Made by a program: the position numbers and the translations under genes. The notes under the pieces are model-generated. The model was not told the origin of the DNA, searched no databases, and was given only the letters and a program-made list of their open reading frames with translations. Of a DNA stretch of 45,481 nucleotides, positions 26,137 to 35,112 are shown piece after piece (within the stretch, counting starts at the first letter, position 1; every line of letters starts with the position of its first letter). The stretch is from Candidatus Hadarchaeota archaeon (lineage in GTDB: Archaea > Hadarchaeota > Hadarchaeia > Hadarchaeales > Hadarchaeaceae), in assembly GCA_040757795.1 (NCBI GenBank), contig JBFLWG010000002.1, forward strand, positions 1 through 45,481. The letters run 5' to 3'.

Positions 26137-26829
26137 TCATTCACCTCCGGTTTTCTCTTTTTCAAGCAAAAGCCGCACACGGTCTGTTAAACCGCTGGTG
26201 TGCGCCTCGCGCTCGATCATGAGTAACGCCTCCACGACGGCGTTCACGTTCCTCTGGTCTTTCCCAGAAATTATGATCCTTCCATTTTGCCCGACTGTTA
26301 TTCTGCAATTTCCTACCTCCTTCAGAATCTTCAACATGGACCCTTTTTTACCCAGCACCCGCGGGATTTTGGTGGGGGAGATCTCGACCAGTTTTCCCTG
26401 TGTGACCTTCCCAAGGCCCGGCTCCCCTGCCTCCAGCATCACGTCCATGTCCTCGTCCACGTCCCTGACCCTCAGAAAAGCGACGTCGTTTATAGTGAGG
26501 TACCTGCTTATGTCTTCGCGAGAGAGATCCACCTTCCTCCCGACAAAGTCCGCGGCAAAAAGGTTCCCTGTGTATGAAGAGTTTATATCCAGGGTCCATC
26601 CCGACATGTACATGTCCACGACAATCCCCACGACGACGTCCCCCCTCACAGGCATGTATTTTCCCTGGAGGGGTATCACTCTTAATTCCTTTTCCCGGAA
26701 ATCCGTCAGCCCGACGACCGCAGAATATATCGCATCGCCATCCTTGTAAGCCCCTCCCCGGAGGATGAACTGTCCCTCCGCCAATAGCTGCCCGGGCACA
26801 ACCAGCTCCCTGTTCTGGACGCGAATCAG
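26137..26829 (-). CDS. rrp4: Exosome RNA-binding subunit Rrp4 (N-terminal domain + S1 + KH)
   Basis: VVPGQLLAEG, an S1 segment (GDVVVGIVVDMYMSGWTLDI) and a KH segment (IPRVLGKKGSMLKIL). The ORF track starts at GTG 26799. The conserved upstream residues NRELV are in frame with no canonical start, so the 5' end is provisional (CTG 26829). Confidence 0.85.
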   Translation of the reverse strand: MIRVQNRELVVPGQLLAEGQFILRGGAYKDGDAIYSAVVGLTDFREKELRVIPLQGKYMPVRGDVVVGIVVDMYMSGWTLDINSSYTGNLFAADFVGRKVDLSREDISRYLTINDVAFLRVRDVDEDMDVMLEAGEPGLGKVTQGKLVEISPTKIPRVLGKKGSMLKILKEVGNCRITVGQNGRIIISGKDQRNVNAVVEALLMIEREAHTSGLTDRVRLLLEKEKTGGE

Positions 26830-27521
26830 CTTATCACCTTCGTCTGTGCCTCTCCCCTTGTGAGGTCGTTCAACTTGTCAAAGAACTCTGCTTGGACCCC
26901 TGCCGGTATCTCCACCAGCACCGTCCATGAGCCATCCCCTGACCACTCCTCCTGCTTGATCGTGCTGAACTCCCGTACAGCGCGCTGCGCCCGCCCCACA
27001 TGGGTCGCTGGGATCTTGATGGCGATTCTCCTTGTTTCGAACTTGAGCGGCAATACAGGAAGCAACATCTTGACCACCTTCGTGACCTGTTCCTCGGCGC
27101 TCTTGAACTCTTCTATCTGGACCTTCGCCTGCTCCATCGCGGCCTCTATCCTGGCAGGCGGATGAGGCGCGCCTGTTTGAGGGTTGATGGCCCTCTTTGA
27201 GATAATCGATACAACTTGCTTGAACCTCTGGTCCCTCATCTTTCTCTTCTGCTCTGTTGTGATCTGGACATCGCCTTTTTTGATTATGCTCTCAGCCACC
27301 TTCACGACGTCAAGAGTTCCAAAAGCCTTCTTCACCATCTCTTCAGACGCCGCGTCTCCCTTCTTGGAGTCCTTGAAGACCTTGTCCACCGCGAGCGCCC
27401 CGCCGACATCCGAGCTTTCCCCGGTCCTCACAGCGAGCGCTAGTTCCGGGTCCACCAGGACCTCGAAAGTCGTGCCCTGGGTGGACAGCCTCGCTATAAC
27501 AGCATCCTCCAGCTTTACCAT
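26826..27521 (-). CDS. SBDS/Sdo1 ribosome maturation protein
   Basis: AVIARLSTQGTTFEVLVDPELA...VFKDSKKGDAAS. 231 aa. Superoperon position. Confidence 0.9.
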   Translation of the reverse strand: MVKLEDAVIARLSTQGTTFEVLVDPELALAVRTGESSDVGGALAVDKVFKDSKKGDAASEEMVKKAFGTLDVVKVAESIIKKGDVQITTEQKRKMRDQRFKQVVSIISKRAINPQTGAPHPPARIEAAMEQAKVQIEEFKSAEEQVTKVVKMLLPVLPLKFETRRIAIKIPATHVGRAQRAVREFSTIKQEEWSGDGSWTVLVEIPAGVQAEFFDKLNDLTRGEAQTKVIS

Positions 27522-27528
27522 CGCCCCG

Positions 27529-28281
27529 CTACTCCTTGGACGGCTTGGCTGCTGGCTTTCCCAACTGTTTCACATACTTGGCGATTTCTTCGGCGCTGGG
27601 CCGCTCGAATCTGGCGGTCTTCGTGGGGATAACTGCCATTTCTATCTTCTCTGGGCCCAAGTCTCCCTCCAAAACCACCCGGAGGGACTCCAAAGCCAAG
27701 AGGATTGCCTGGTTCAGAGAAAGTTCTTCGTCATATTTGTGCTCCAGTATCTCCAATGCAGTCTGGGCGCCGCCTCCGATCACTTGGCACCTGTAGGCAG
27801 CCACAACTCCGCTGGGGTCCGTCTCGAAAAGGTAAGAGCTCCCGCCGTCAACACCGGCAATCAGCAGCCTCGCGCCGAATGGCCTCACTCCCCCATGCTG
27901 GGTGTAAAGCTGCTTTATGTCGCCTATCTTCTTCGCCAATGTCTGCACGCTGACGGGCTCGTCGTACCTGAGGCGGTGTATCTGGGCTTCTATCCTGGCG
28001 TGATCAATCAGCACCCTCGCGTCGGCAATAAGGCCGGACGCCGCGGCTCCGATGTGCTCGTCCACCTGGAATATTTTCTCTATTGAGATTTCCTCAACAA
28101 GTTTTCCCCTGACTCTCTTTTCTGCAGCCAAAACCACTCCTTCTTTTACCTTGATGCCCAAAGCAGTCAGTCCGCGCTTGACGGCCTCTTGGGCGTACTG
28201 AACCTGGAAAAGCTTCCCATCTGGGCTGAATACTGTTATTGCCCTATCGTACCCGGCTCCGGGCGGTGCAAATGCCATCAT
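27529..28281 (-). CDS. psmA: Proteasome alpha subunit
   Basis: YDRAITVFSPDGKLFQVQYAQEAV signature. Start placed at ATG 28281, preceded by GGGTGAG. Confidence 0.95.
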   Translation of the reverse strand: MMAFAPPGAGYDRAITVFSPDGKLFQVQYAQEAVKRGLTALGIKVKEGVVLAAEKRVRGKLVEEISIEKIFQVDEHIGAAASGLIADARVLIDHARIEAQIHRLRYDEPVSVQTLAKKIGDIKQLYTQHGGVRPFGARLLIAGVDGGSSYLFETDPSGVVAAYRCQVIGGGAQTALEILEHKYDEELSLNQAILLALESLRVVLEGDLGPEKIEMAVIPTKTARFERPSAEEIAKYVKQLGKPAAKPSKE

Positions 28282-28306
28282 CTCACCCAATGACTGTAAT
28301 CGTTGA

Positions 28307-28651
28307 CTAATACTGGTTGTTAGGGGCACTTTTAACCCTTTTGTGGGTGATGCGCCGATTTCTGCCCCCATGTTTTGTTTTCGTGAATTTAATTCTCGCG
28401 GTTTTGATCGTCCCTGAAACCCCCAGTATTTTCAAGCTGATGCTGCCACGCCCCACGAGCTGCTCAATCTGGGACTTAACAGCTGGGAGGTCCAAGTGCC
28501 CGCACCTGATGATACCTTCCCTGGAGTCCTCGTCAAAATCGAGCAGCGCCAAAGAACTCGCGCTTTTTGACTTTATTGCACTCACAAGTTGTAATACTTC
28601 ATCCCTGCCGCCCGTGGCCGCCGCGAACGCTATGTATCTTTTTCTCTGCAT
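28307..28651 (-). CDS. RNase P protein component 2 (Pop5/Rpp14)
   Basis: MQRKRYIAF...LLDFDEDSREGIIRCGH...ILGVSGTIKTA is the Pop5 pattern. Start at ATG 28651. Confidence 0.8.
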   Translation of the reverse strand: MQRKRYIAFAAATGGRDEVLQLVSAIKSKSASSLALLDFDEDSREGIIRCGHLDLPAVKSQIEQLVGRGSISLKILGVSGTIKTARIKFTKTKHGGRNRRITHKRVKSAPNNQY

Positions 28652-28658
28652 GCGTACA

Positions 28659-29108
28659 CTATGGTATTTTTTCGCGCAAAAACCTCTCCACGGCTGCCAC
28701 GGCCGCCTCCTTCCTTGCGGGGTAGACGGCGATCTTGAGCCGGAGGTGGACCGAGTCCCCGCCTTCCGCCAGAGAAAGCTCTCCGGCGGCCAGCCTTTGC
28801 TTGTCAAACCTGAGATAAAGATTGCAAGCGTCGTCCACTCTGTTTTCAATCTCGTCCCGTATTTTGGCCAGGTCTTTGGCCGGCAGCCGCTCCAATACCT
28901 CCCGCAACAGCCGCGAGATGTCCGACTTGCCTTGCAGCCTGGCCTCGACAACAGTTATCGGGTTCCCGTAGTGCCCCTTGGTTTTCGAAACTTTCGTGGC
29001 CACGCCTTCCGGAAGCAGCGCCCTGAGGCTTTTTGAGACAAGCCCCTCGCTTTCGGTCGCGTGGGCGTACACGCTCAAAAAAGCGTTGATGAAAGGTGAC
29101 TCGCTCAC
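28659..29108 (-). CDS. Conserved archaeal exosome-superoperon protein (COG1325-like predicted RNA-binding protein)
   Basis: 149 aa. Assigned mainly from its position between rpl15e and pop5 in the conserved superoperon, plus a general alpha/beta pattern. No diagnostic motif recalled. Confidence 0.5.
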   Translation of the reverse strand: MSESPFINAFLSVYAHATESEGLVSKSLRALLPEGVATKVSKTKGHYGNPITVVEARLQGKSDISRLLREVLERLPAKDLAKIRDEIENRVDDACNLYLRFDKQRLAAGELSLAEGGDSVHLRLKIAVYPARKEAAVAAVERFLREKIP

Positions 29109-29641
29109 TTCGCTCTACCGCGCGCCCGGACGCCTGGTCGTAGCCGCTCGGCACCCTTGCCTTTCCACAGCAATCCGCGGGTCCTTCTGCCGGCCCTTGT
29201 GAGCCCCCTGTGGACCCGGCCCCTCTGATGGCCTTCTGAAACCCATCCAAGCTGCGGGTCGCTCTTTATGCTCGGGTGGTGCGGGTCCAGCATGATGACC
29301 TCAAAGTACTCGTGGGTCCCGTCAGAACCTGCATGATAAGAGTTCAGGATCTCCAAGTTTGGGAACCTTCTGGCCGCCCTCTCCTCGGCCATCAGCTGAA
29401 TGTTCTTCTTAGCTGTTATCTTCAGGACGCCCATGCGTTTCGGCCTCCTGCCTCTGGTCGGCCTGACTTTTCTCCTCCCTCCCTTCCTGACGCGGGCCCT
29501 GGCAACCACGACCCCCTGCTTTGCCTTGTAGCCCAGAGACCTCGCCCTCTCAACATCTGTGGGCCGGTCGACTCTGACTATGGCGTCCCCCTGCCTCCAA
29601 ATTCGCATCCTCTGCCTGGCCGTCTGGATATCTGTGCTCAT
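29105..29641 (-). CDS. rpl15e: 50S ribosomal protein L15e
   Basis: VRVDRPTDVERARSLGYKAKQGVVVARARVRKGGRRK...FEVIMLDPHHP. Confidence 0.95.
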   Translation of the reverse strand: MSTDIQTARQRMRIWRQGDAIVRVDRPTDVERARSLGYKAKQGVVVARARVRKGGRRKVRPTRGRRPKRMGVLKITAKKNIQLMAEERAARRFPNLEILNSYHAGSDGTHEYFEVIMLDPHHPSIKSDPQLGWVSEGHQRGRVHRGLTRAGRRTRGLLWKGKGAERLRPGVRARGRAK

Positions 29642-29645
29642 GTTG

Positions 29646-30563
29646 TCACTTTCTCATCTCATTTTTTAACTTCTGCGCTATGACCACCGCAGCGTAGGCT
29701 TGGGCCTCCTCGGTGGACGCGCCTATGTGTGGGGTCAAAACCACATTCTGAAACTTCAGGAGCGGGCTGCTTTCCGGGGGCTCCTTCTCGAAAACATCCA
29801 GGCATGCCCCGGCCAGCCTCTTTTCCTCGAGCGCCTTTACAAGGGCCGCCTCGTCGACCACACCGCCTCTGGAAGTGTTTATGATCACTGCGGTCTTCTT
29901 CATCATGGATATCTCCCTCGCCCCAACCATGTGCGTTGTCTGAGGGATGAGCGGCACATGTATTGTTATGTAGTCAGAATCTTTCACCAGTGTATCGAGG
30001 TCCACATACCTGCTGCCGATGCCCTTCGCAAAATCAAGATTTTTCACTACGTCGTAAAGCAGCAACTTCATCTCGAATGCCTTGGCCCTTTCGGCAACTG
30101 CCTGGCCGATCTTCCCGGTGCCGATTATCCCAAAAGTCTTCCCGCGAAGCTCCGTTCCCATCAACTGTTTTTTCTCCCACCGCCCCTGCTTCATGCCAAG
30201 GTCGGCCTGAGGTAATTTCCTTGCAAATGAAAGCACAAGGCCGAGAACAAGCTCTGCCACGGATATCGTGGGGGCCTCCGGCGCGTTCAGGACTTTTATG
30301 TTTCTATCTTCGGCGGCTCTGACGTCGATGTTGTCGAGCCCGACACCGGCCCGCGCTATGAACTTCAGCTGCCTGCCTGCGGAGATTACCTCTCTTGTAA
30401 CTTGGGTAGCGCTTCTGACGATCAAAACATCGAAGCCTTTAACTTTCTCGATCAACTGCTCAGGCTTCAGCCCGGTCGCCACCTCCACCTCTCCGATCTC
30501 TTTCAGGAGATTCAAGCCGTCCTCATGTATTTTGTCCGCAACCAATATTTTCAGGTCCATCAC
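29646..30563 (-). CDS. serA: D-isomer-specific 2-hydroxyacid dehydrogenase, short SerA-like (D-3-phosphoglycerate dehydrogenase without ACT domain)
   Basis: GVGLDNIDV, GIIGTGKIGQAVA NAD-binding motif, and TPHIGAST. 305 aa. Substrate not determinable from the sequence alone. Confidence 0.7.
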   Translation of the reverse strand: MMDLKILVADKIHEDGLNLLKEIGEVEVATGLKPEQLIEKVKGFDVLIVRSATQVTREVISAGRQLKFIARAGVGLDNIDVRAAEDRNIKVLNAPEAPTISVAELVLGLVLSFARKLPQADLGMKQGRWEKKQLMGTELRGKTFGIIGTGKIGQAVAERAKAFEMKLLLYDVVKNLDFAKGIGSRYVDLDTLVKDSDYITIHVPLIPQTTHMVGAREISMMKKTAVIINTSRGGVVDEAALVKALEEKRLAGACLDVFEKEPPESSPLLKFQNVVLTPHIGASTEEAQAYAAVVIAQKLKNEMRK

Positions 30564-30607
30564 CTTGTTGAAGAGTCATCCTGCCAATATAAGAGTAGCG
30601 AGCTTTT

Positions 30608-32035
30608 TCAAGTGTTCCTGAACTTCCTGTAGGCCGCCCTCAAGCTTGCCCCTTCATGAAGGTTGGCCAGTATGATCTCCATCCTGTGCCTGCTCCTGAC
30701 TGTCTTGAGCATTTGCTGCAACAGGAACGGCGGCCGCATCACGAAGCTTGAGTAAAATTTGCCAATCATCTCTCGTAGCTGGTTCTCCGTTAGTCGAGAC
30801 GGGAAAACATTCGCCGCTATGAGCTCTTCCTCCCACAGCTTTGACTCATCAAGGTATCCTTCCTTCACGGCGGTGTTCCAGAGGTCCATCCCCGGGGAGA
30901 TACAGAGGATGTTCACCTGAGGGAAATCCATGCCTTTCAAGCTCTTCGCAAAGTCAAAGGTCTGCCGCACATCGGCGGTGTCTTCAATCGGCGTGCCGAC
31001 AATGAAGGATCCTATGACATTTTCTATCCCCCCATCTTTGCAATTTTTCACGGCTACCTTGGCCATGTTGGGGGTCGTGTTTTTTCCGAAGTAGTTCAGG
31101 ACTTTTTGGCTGCCGCTCTCCATCCCAAAGTACATTGTCTTGCACCCGACGCCCGCGAATTTTTTCAAAACCTCCCGGGAGGCTTCGTCGACCCTGCCCT
31201 CCGCCCAATAGTTCATCTTGATCTCCCGCTCCTTGAGCATGTCGCATATTTTATCCATCCTTTTTCTGTTGACGAGAAGGTTGTCATCCACGAAACCAAC
31301 CTCTTCATAACCCTCCCTGCAAAGCATCTCGATCTCGGCGACAACTGCTTCCGGCGACCTGAACCTGGTTCTCCTGAGGGAGAAGGCCGCGCAAGCGCAG
31401 TACCTGCAGTTGTATGGGCAACCCCTCGAGGTCAGGACGGTGGTGAACCTGCCGCTGCTCCCGAACACTCCCATTATCTCCGAGCGGTACTCTTCCTCAA
31501 GCAGTGACCTGTCCGGGACTGGAAGGACGTCCAGGTTGTCGATCAGCCGCCTCTGGGGCCCCTGCGCCACCCTGCCGTTTTTCCTGAATGCCAGCCCCGG
31601 GATTTTTTCAACGTTCTCCCCCTTTTCCAGCGAATCTACAAGCTCGGGAAAAGACAGCTCCCCCTCCCCAAGAACGACGTAATCGACCGAGGGGTACTTC
31701 ATGAGTATCCTGTCGTAAGTGTAAGTTGCGTGGTAATTCCCAAAGACGATTTTGGTGTCTGGCAGCTCCGCCTTTATGGCGTTCGCTATTTTTGTACCCT
31801 GCTTGAACGTTGGGGTAAGTACGCCGACGCCAACGACTCCCGGCTCCTCTCTCTTGACCCTCCAGACAAGGTTTTTCAGCGGGAGCTGGGATTTGCCGTT
31901 GTCGATGACTTTCACATCATGGCCCGAGTTTTTCAGAATGGTGCCTAAATAAAGCAGGCCGAGCGGAGGCCAAGCTGCCTCGCTTTCAATCCTTTCTGCG
32001 TGGCCGACATTTGGATTTATCAGGACAACCTTCAC
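30608..32035 (-). CDS. Class B (cobalamin-binding domain) radical SAM enzyme, function unknown
   Basis: N-terminal B12-binding-like domain (VVLINPN...PPLGLLYLGTILKNSGHDVKVID) and radical SAM cluster SRGCPYNCRYCAC. Confidence 0.8.
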   Translation of the reverse strand: MKVVLINPNVGHAERIESEAAWPPLGLLYLGTILKNSGHDVKVIDNGKSQLPLKNLVWRVKREEPGVVGVGVLTPTFKQGTKIANAIKAELPDTKIVFGNYHATYTYDRILMKYPSVDYVVLGEGELSFPELVDSLEKGENVEKIPGLAFRKNGRVAQGPQRRLIDNLDVLPVPDRSLLEEEYRSEIMGVFGSSGRFTTVLTSRGCPYNCRYCACAAFSLRRTRFRSPEAVVAEIEMLCREGYEEVGFVDDNLLVNRKRMDKICDMLKEREIKMNYWAEGRVDEASREVLKKFAGVGCKTMYFGMESGSQKVLNYFGKNTTPNMAKVAVKNCKDGGIENVIGSFIVGTPIEDTADVRQTFDFAKSLKGMDFPQVNILCISPGMDLWNTAVKEGYLDESKLWEEELIAANVFPSRLTENQLREMIGKFYSSFVMRPPFLLQQMLKTVRSRHRMEIILANLHEGASLRAAYRKFRNT

Positions 32036-32038
32036 AAC

Positions 32039-33241
32039 CTAACGCCCCTTCGTCGAAACTATTTTTATAATGTCCCCGTCTCGAAGTTTATAATCTTCCC
32101 CGAGCCTCATTTTTGTCCTTGCGTCCACACCATGAAGAAAGGAGTCGCCCAGGTCTGAATGTATCTTGTACGCGAATTCCCTGACAGTCGTGCCATTCTT
32201 GACCAGAATGGCGTCCGGGAGCACGTTGCCGTTCTTGTCGGCCATCTTCTTTTCGTCGTCCACGGGGTACACCACTATCAACTGTAGCAGCTCGTAAACA
32301 GCCTTGTCGATGGCCTGCTGCACACCCGTGGACTTCAGCTGCTCCAGCAAACCCCTGATCTTTTCCAGGGCGCGCTTCTGGTCATCCTTCAGAACCTCCG
32401 GTTTGAGTATCTTGAAATCTGAATCTCCTAGCGTGTAGGATATTATCCCCTTCTCCGCCGCCCTCCTGAGGACAAGCTCCGCCTCTGAGCATGTTGGGAT
32501 GACAATGTAGTCCCGTTGCTTCAACTTCTCCAGGTTTTTAGCCGCCGTTGGGAAGTCTGCCTTGTTCGCCGCGATCATTATGGGCTTGCTCATTTTTCTC
32601 AGTTCATTCACGAACCTGAGCATGTCTTCCTCCGTCCAGGTCTCAGGGTTGGCGCGGTCGACTCCGGCGACCCTGAAAGCCTCCATGATGTGAACCTCCT
32701 CGATGCCAAGCCCGGCAAGCTTGGCCGTTATCTCCTTCGCCAAGTCCAGCTTCTGGTACTTCGCCCTCTTCGCGAAGTTGCTCCAGTCCTTCATCAAGAT
32801 ACCGCGCAGCCACATGGCTATCTCCGTCTCCAGGAAGTCTATGTCCTTGGCTGGGTCGTGGGTGCCGGGGGGGCAGGGCTTCCCTTCGGAGTCGGTCGCC
32901 CCTGCAGCGTCGATGATGTGGATGAGCGCCGCAGCCATCCTGAGGTTGTCCAGAAACTTGTTTCCTAGCCCCCGTCCCATGTGGGCCCCCTCGACCAGAC
33001 CTGCCACATCTATTATTCTGACAGGAACATATCTGACACCGCCGACGCACCTTGAATTCTGCGGATTGCAGTCCACATTTTGGTCATGGCATGGACATTT
33101 GCTTCTAACGTAGGTCACTCCGACATTGGCATCGATCGTCGTGAACGGGTAGCCTGCCACAGGGGCGTTGGCCAGGGTGGCCGAGTTGAAAAAAGTGGTC
33201 TTGCCCGTGTTGGGTTTGCCGACCAGCCCCAACTCTATCAA
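32039..33241 (-). CDS. Obg-family P-loop NTPase, YchF/OLA1-like with C-terminal TGS domain
   Basis: GLVGKPNTGKTTFFN, YPFTTIDANVG, DVAGLV, NKAD, and a C-terminal TGS-like LRDGDIIKI. Confidence 0.8.
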   Translation of the reverse strand: MIELGLVGKPNTGKTTFFNSATLANAPVAGYPFTTIDANVGVTYVRSKCPCHDQNVDCNPQNSRCVGGVRYVPVRIIDVAGLVEGAHMGRGLGNKFLDNLRMAAALIHIIDAAGATDSEGKPCPPGTHDPAKDIDFLETEIAMWLRGILMKDWSNFAKRAKYQKLDLAKEITAKLAGLGIEEVHIMEAFRVAGVDRANPETWTEEDMLRFVNELRKMSKPIMIAANKADFPTAAKNLEKLKQRDYIVIPTCSEAELVLRRAAEKGIISYTLGDSDFKILKPEVLKDDQKRALEKIRGLLEQLKSTGVQQAIDKAVYELLQLIVVYPVDDEKKMADKNGNVLPDAILVKNGTTVREFAYKIHSDLGDSFLHGVDARTKMRLGEDYKLRDGDIIKIVSTKGR

Positions 33242-33595
33242 TCAACCTTCTCCCCGCTCGTAGCAGCCTGGAGCCTTTCTTTTTCCAAAGCTCTCCAAGC
33301 CCCGCTCCGTGAGCTGTGCCCGAAGCTGCCTGGCGTATTCAGGTTTTATCTCCTCCTTGGACTCCAAGTAGTTTATAATCTCCAGGGCCTGCTCCTCCGT
33401 TTTGCAGCGACGGATGAAATCTATCGCGTTCGGGTCGTACCCATCGTAGATATGGTCTGCGGTGCTGGGGCTTGCGACCTTCTCTGCCTCCTCGACAGAG
33501 CTTCTCACGGAACGGATATTAACATTTTTTTCGCTTTCGAGCTCGTCCGCCAGGTGTGGGAATTTCTTACTGAAATCATTCCTCTTTTTTGACAT
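33242..33595 (-). CDS. Small conserved hypothetical protein (charged, helical)
   Basis: 117-aa ORF. Overlaps the 3' end of the upstream GlmU-like gene by 20 nt. No confident family call. Confidence 0.45.
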   Translation of the reverse strand: MSKKRNDFSKKFPHLADELESEKNVNIRSVRSSVEEAEKVASPSTADHIYDGYDPNAIDFIRRCKTEEQALEIINYLESKEEIKPEYARQLRAQLTERGLESFGKRKAPGCYERGEG

Positions 33596-34883
33596 GTTTT
33601 TTCCCGCCTTTCCAGAGTTTTTTCTTCACCAGCGGTTTTGTGTAAGCGATCGTGTTTGGCGGTATGTCCTCGTAGACGACCGTGCCCGGCCCCACCGCGG
33701 AGTCCGGGCCTATCTTCACTCCCACGTTTATCGTGCAGTTTATGCCTGTCTTTACATTGTCGGCGATTATTGTGCCGAGCTTCCTCCTCCCGCTGCTCAC
33801 GACCTTTCCCCCGACTTCCATCTTAACAGGCTTCTCGTCCAGGCGCAGGTTCGCGATGGTGGTCCCCGCCCCGAGGTTACAGTTGCTCCCGACCACGCTG
33901 TCCCCGACGTATGACAGGTGGCCGATGTTTGTGTGGTCCATTATTATCGAGTTCTTGACCTCGACCGCGTTCCCGATCCTCACGCTGTCGCCGATGCCCG
34001 TGCTCGGCCGGACGAAGCAGTTGGGGCCTATATCACAGTTTTTCCCTATGAAGGTCGGCCCGAGGATGTATGATCCAGACCTTATGACTGTGCCCTCCCC
34101 AACGTAGACATCACTGGCCACGTTGGCGCCAACCTCTATCCTTCCGTGTATCTCCCCCTTCAGCCCCCTCAGGAAGTACTCGTTAGCCACAAGGAGGTCC
34201 CAGGGCCGCCCTATGTCGGTCCACATCTGGAGCGGCGAAGTGAAGATTGATTTCCCATCCTTGATCATGAGCTGCATAGAAGTCGGGAGCTCATACTCTC
34301 CCCGAGCGGATTTCTTGGTGCGCTTGATGGCGTCGAATATTGCCGCGTCAAACATGTATATGCCAGCGTTAGCTAGCCTGCTTTTCGACCTCCTCGGTTT
34401 TTCCACGATCTCGCTGACCTTTTCCCCCTTCATGAAGACAATGCCGAACTGCTCGGGCTCGTCAACCTCTATCGTGGCCATGAGCCCGCCGAAATCATTT
34501 CTTTTAGCCAATTCTTGATATCTCCTTTTGAAAGACCCCAAGGACTCTTGGTCGACAAGGGTGTCGCCGTTTATCACAAGGAACCTTTCGCCGCCGACAA
34601 AGTCCTCGGCGAGGGAAAGGGCGTTTGATGTCCCCAGCAGCTTTTCCTGGTATTTGTACTCTATCCTCAGCCCGAACCTCTCCCCGTTCCCGTACCTTTT
34701 GATTATCTGGTCCTTCCCGAAGCCCACCACCATCACAAGCTGATCGACCCCAAGCCGCTTTATGAGGAAAAGCACATGGTCGAGCGCCGGCTTTCCAGCG
34801 ACCGGGAGCAGGAACTTCGGCTTTGTGAAAGTCAGGGGGCGCATCCTCGTTCCGAGGCCTGCTGCAAGGACTACTGCCTTCAA
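33576..34883 (-). CDS. Bifunctional sugar-1-phosphate nucleotidylyltransferase / acetyltransferase (archaeal GlmU-like: NTP-transferase + left-handed beta-helix)
   Basis: VVLAAGLGTRMRPLT...KPKFLLPV at the N-terminus and hexapeptide repeats at the C-terminus. TTG start at 34883, preceded by GGTGG. Confidence 0.8.
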   Translation of the reverse strand: MKAVVLAAGLGTRMRPLTFTKPKFLLPVAGKPALDHVLFLIKRLGVDQLVMVVGFGKDQIIKRYGNGERFGLRIEYKYQEKLLGTSNALSLAEDFVGGERFLVINGDTLVDQESLGSFKRRYQELAKRNDFGGLMATIEVDEPEQFGIVFMKGEKVSEIVEKPRRSKSRLANAGIYMFDAAIFDAIKRTKKSARGEYELPTSMQLMIKDGKSIFTSPLQMWTDIGRPWDLLVANEYFLRGLKGEIHGRIEVGANVASDVYVGEGTVIRSGSYILGPTFIGKNCDIGPNCFVRPSTGIGDSVRIGNAVEVKNSIIMDHTNIGHLSYVGDSVVGSNCNLGAGTTIANLRLDEKPVKMEVGGKVVSSGRRKLGTIIADNVKTGINCTINVGVKIGPDSAVGPGTVVYEDIPPNTIAYTKPLVKKKLWKGGKKHVKKEE

Positions 34884-34960
34884 TTTGCCACCATATGATT
34901 GTCTGCGGCAGGGATAAAAACTTGAATACCTCCAAGCCGCCCCGTGTAGCTTTTTTTCCC

Positions 34961-34968
34961 TTTATAAA
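34961..34968 (-). promoter_or_regulatory. Palindromic TATA box TTTATAAA about 78 nt upstream of the GlmU-like TTG start
   Basis: Sequence and spacing only. The downstream gene has a Shine-Dalgarno-like GGTGG, consistent with a leadered mRNA. Confidence 0.4.
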
Positions 34969-35020
34969 CCCCATTCAACCAAAGCTGCGGCGGGAAATGG
35001 CGTACTCTAAACCAAGTGAA

Positions 35021-35049
35021 AGAAAAAATCCCGTATGGCAATCCACGGG
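35021..35049 (-). terminator. Hairpin (CCCGT-N10-ACGGG, 35030-35049) followed on the minus strand by T6 (35028-35023); candidate terminator for glmM
   Basis: Direct reading. Archaeal termination typically uses oligo-T tracts. Confidence 0.4.
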
Positions 35050-35112
35050 ACAACCCGCTCCCCCGCGGGATAAGTTTCCGTCACGCTCGCCTAAAAAAGT
35101 TTCGGCGAGGTC

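Noticed and set aside
28652-28951. N-terminal 100-aa extension of ORF 28307..28951 (Pop5).
   Set aside because: The extension overlaps the COG1325-like gene in another frame and is Arg/Trp/Gly-rich. The Pop5 homology begins at Met 28651.
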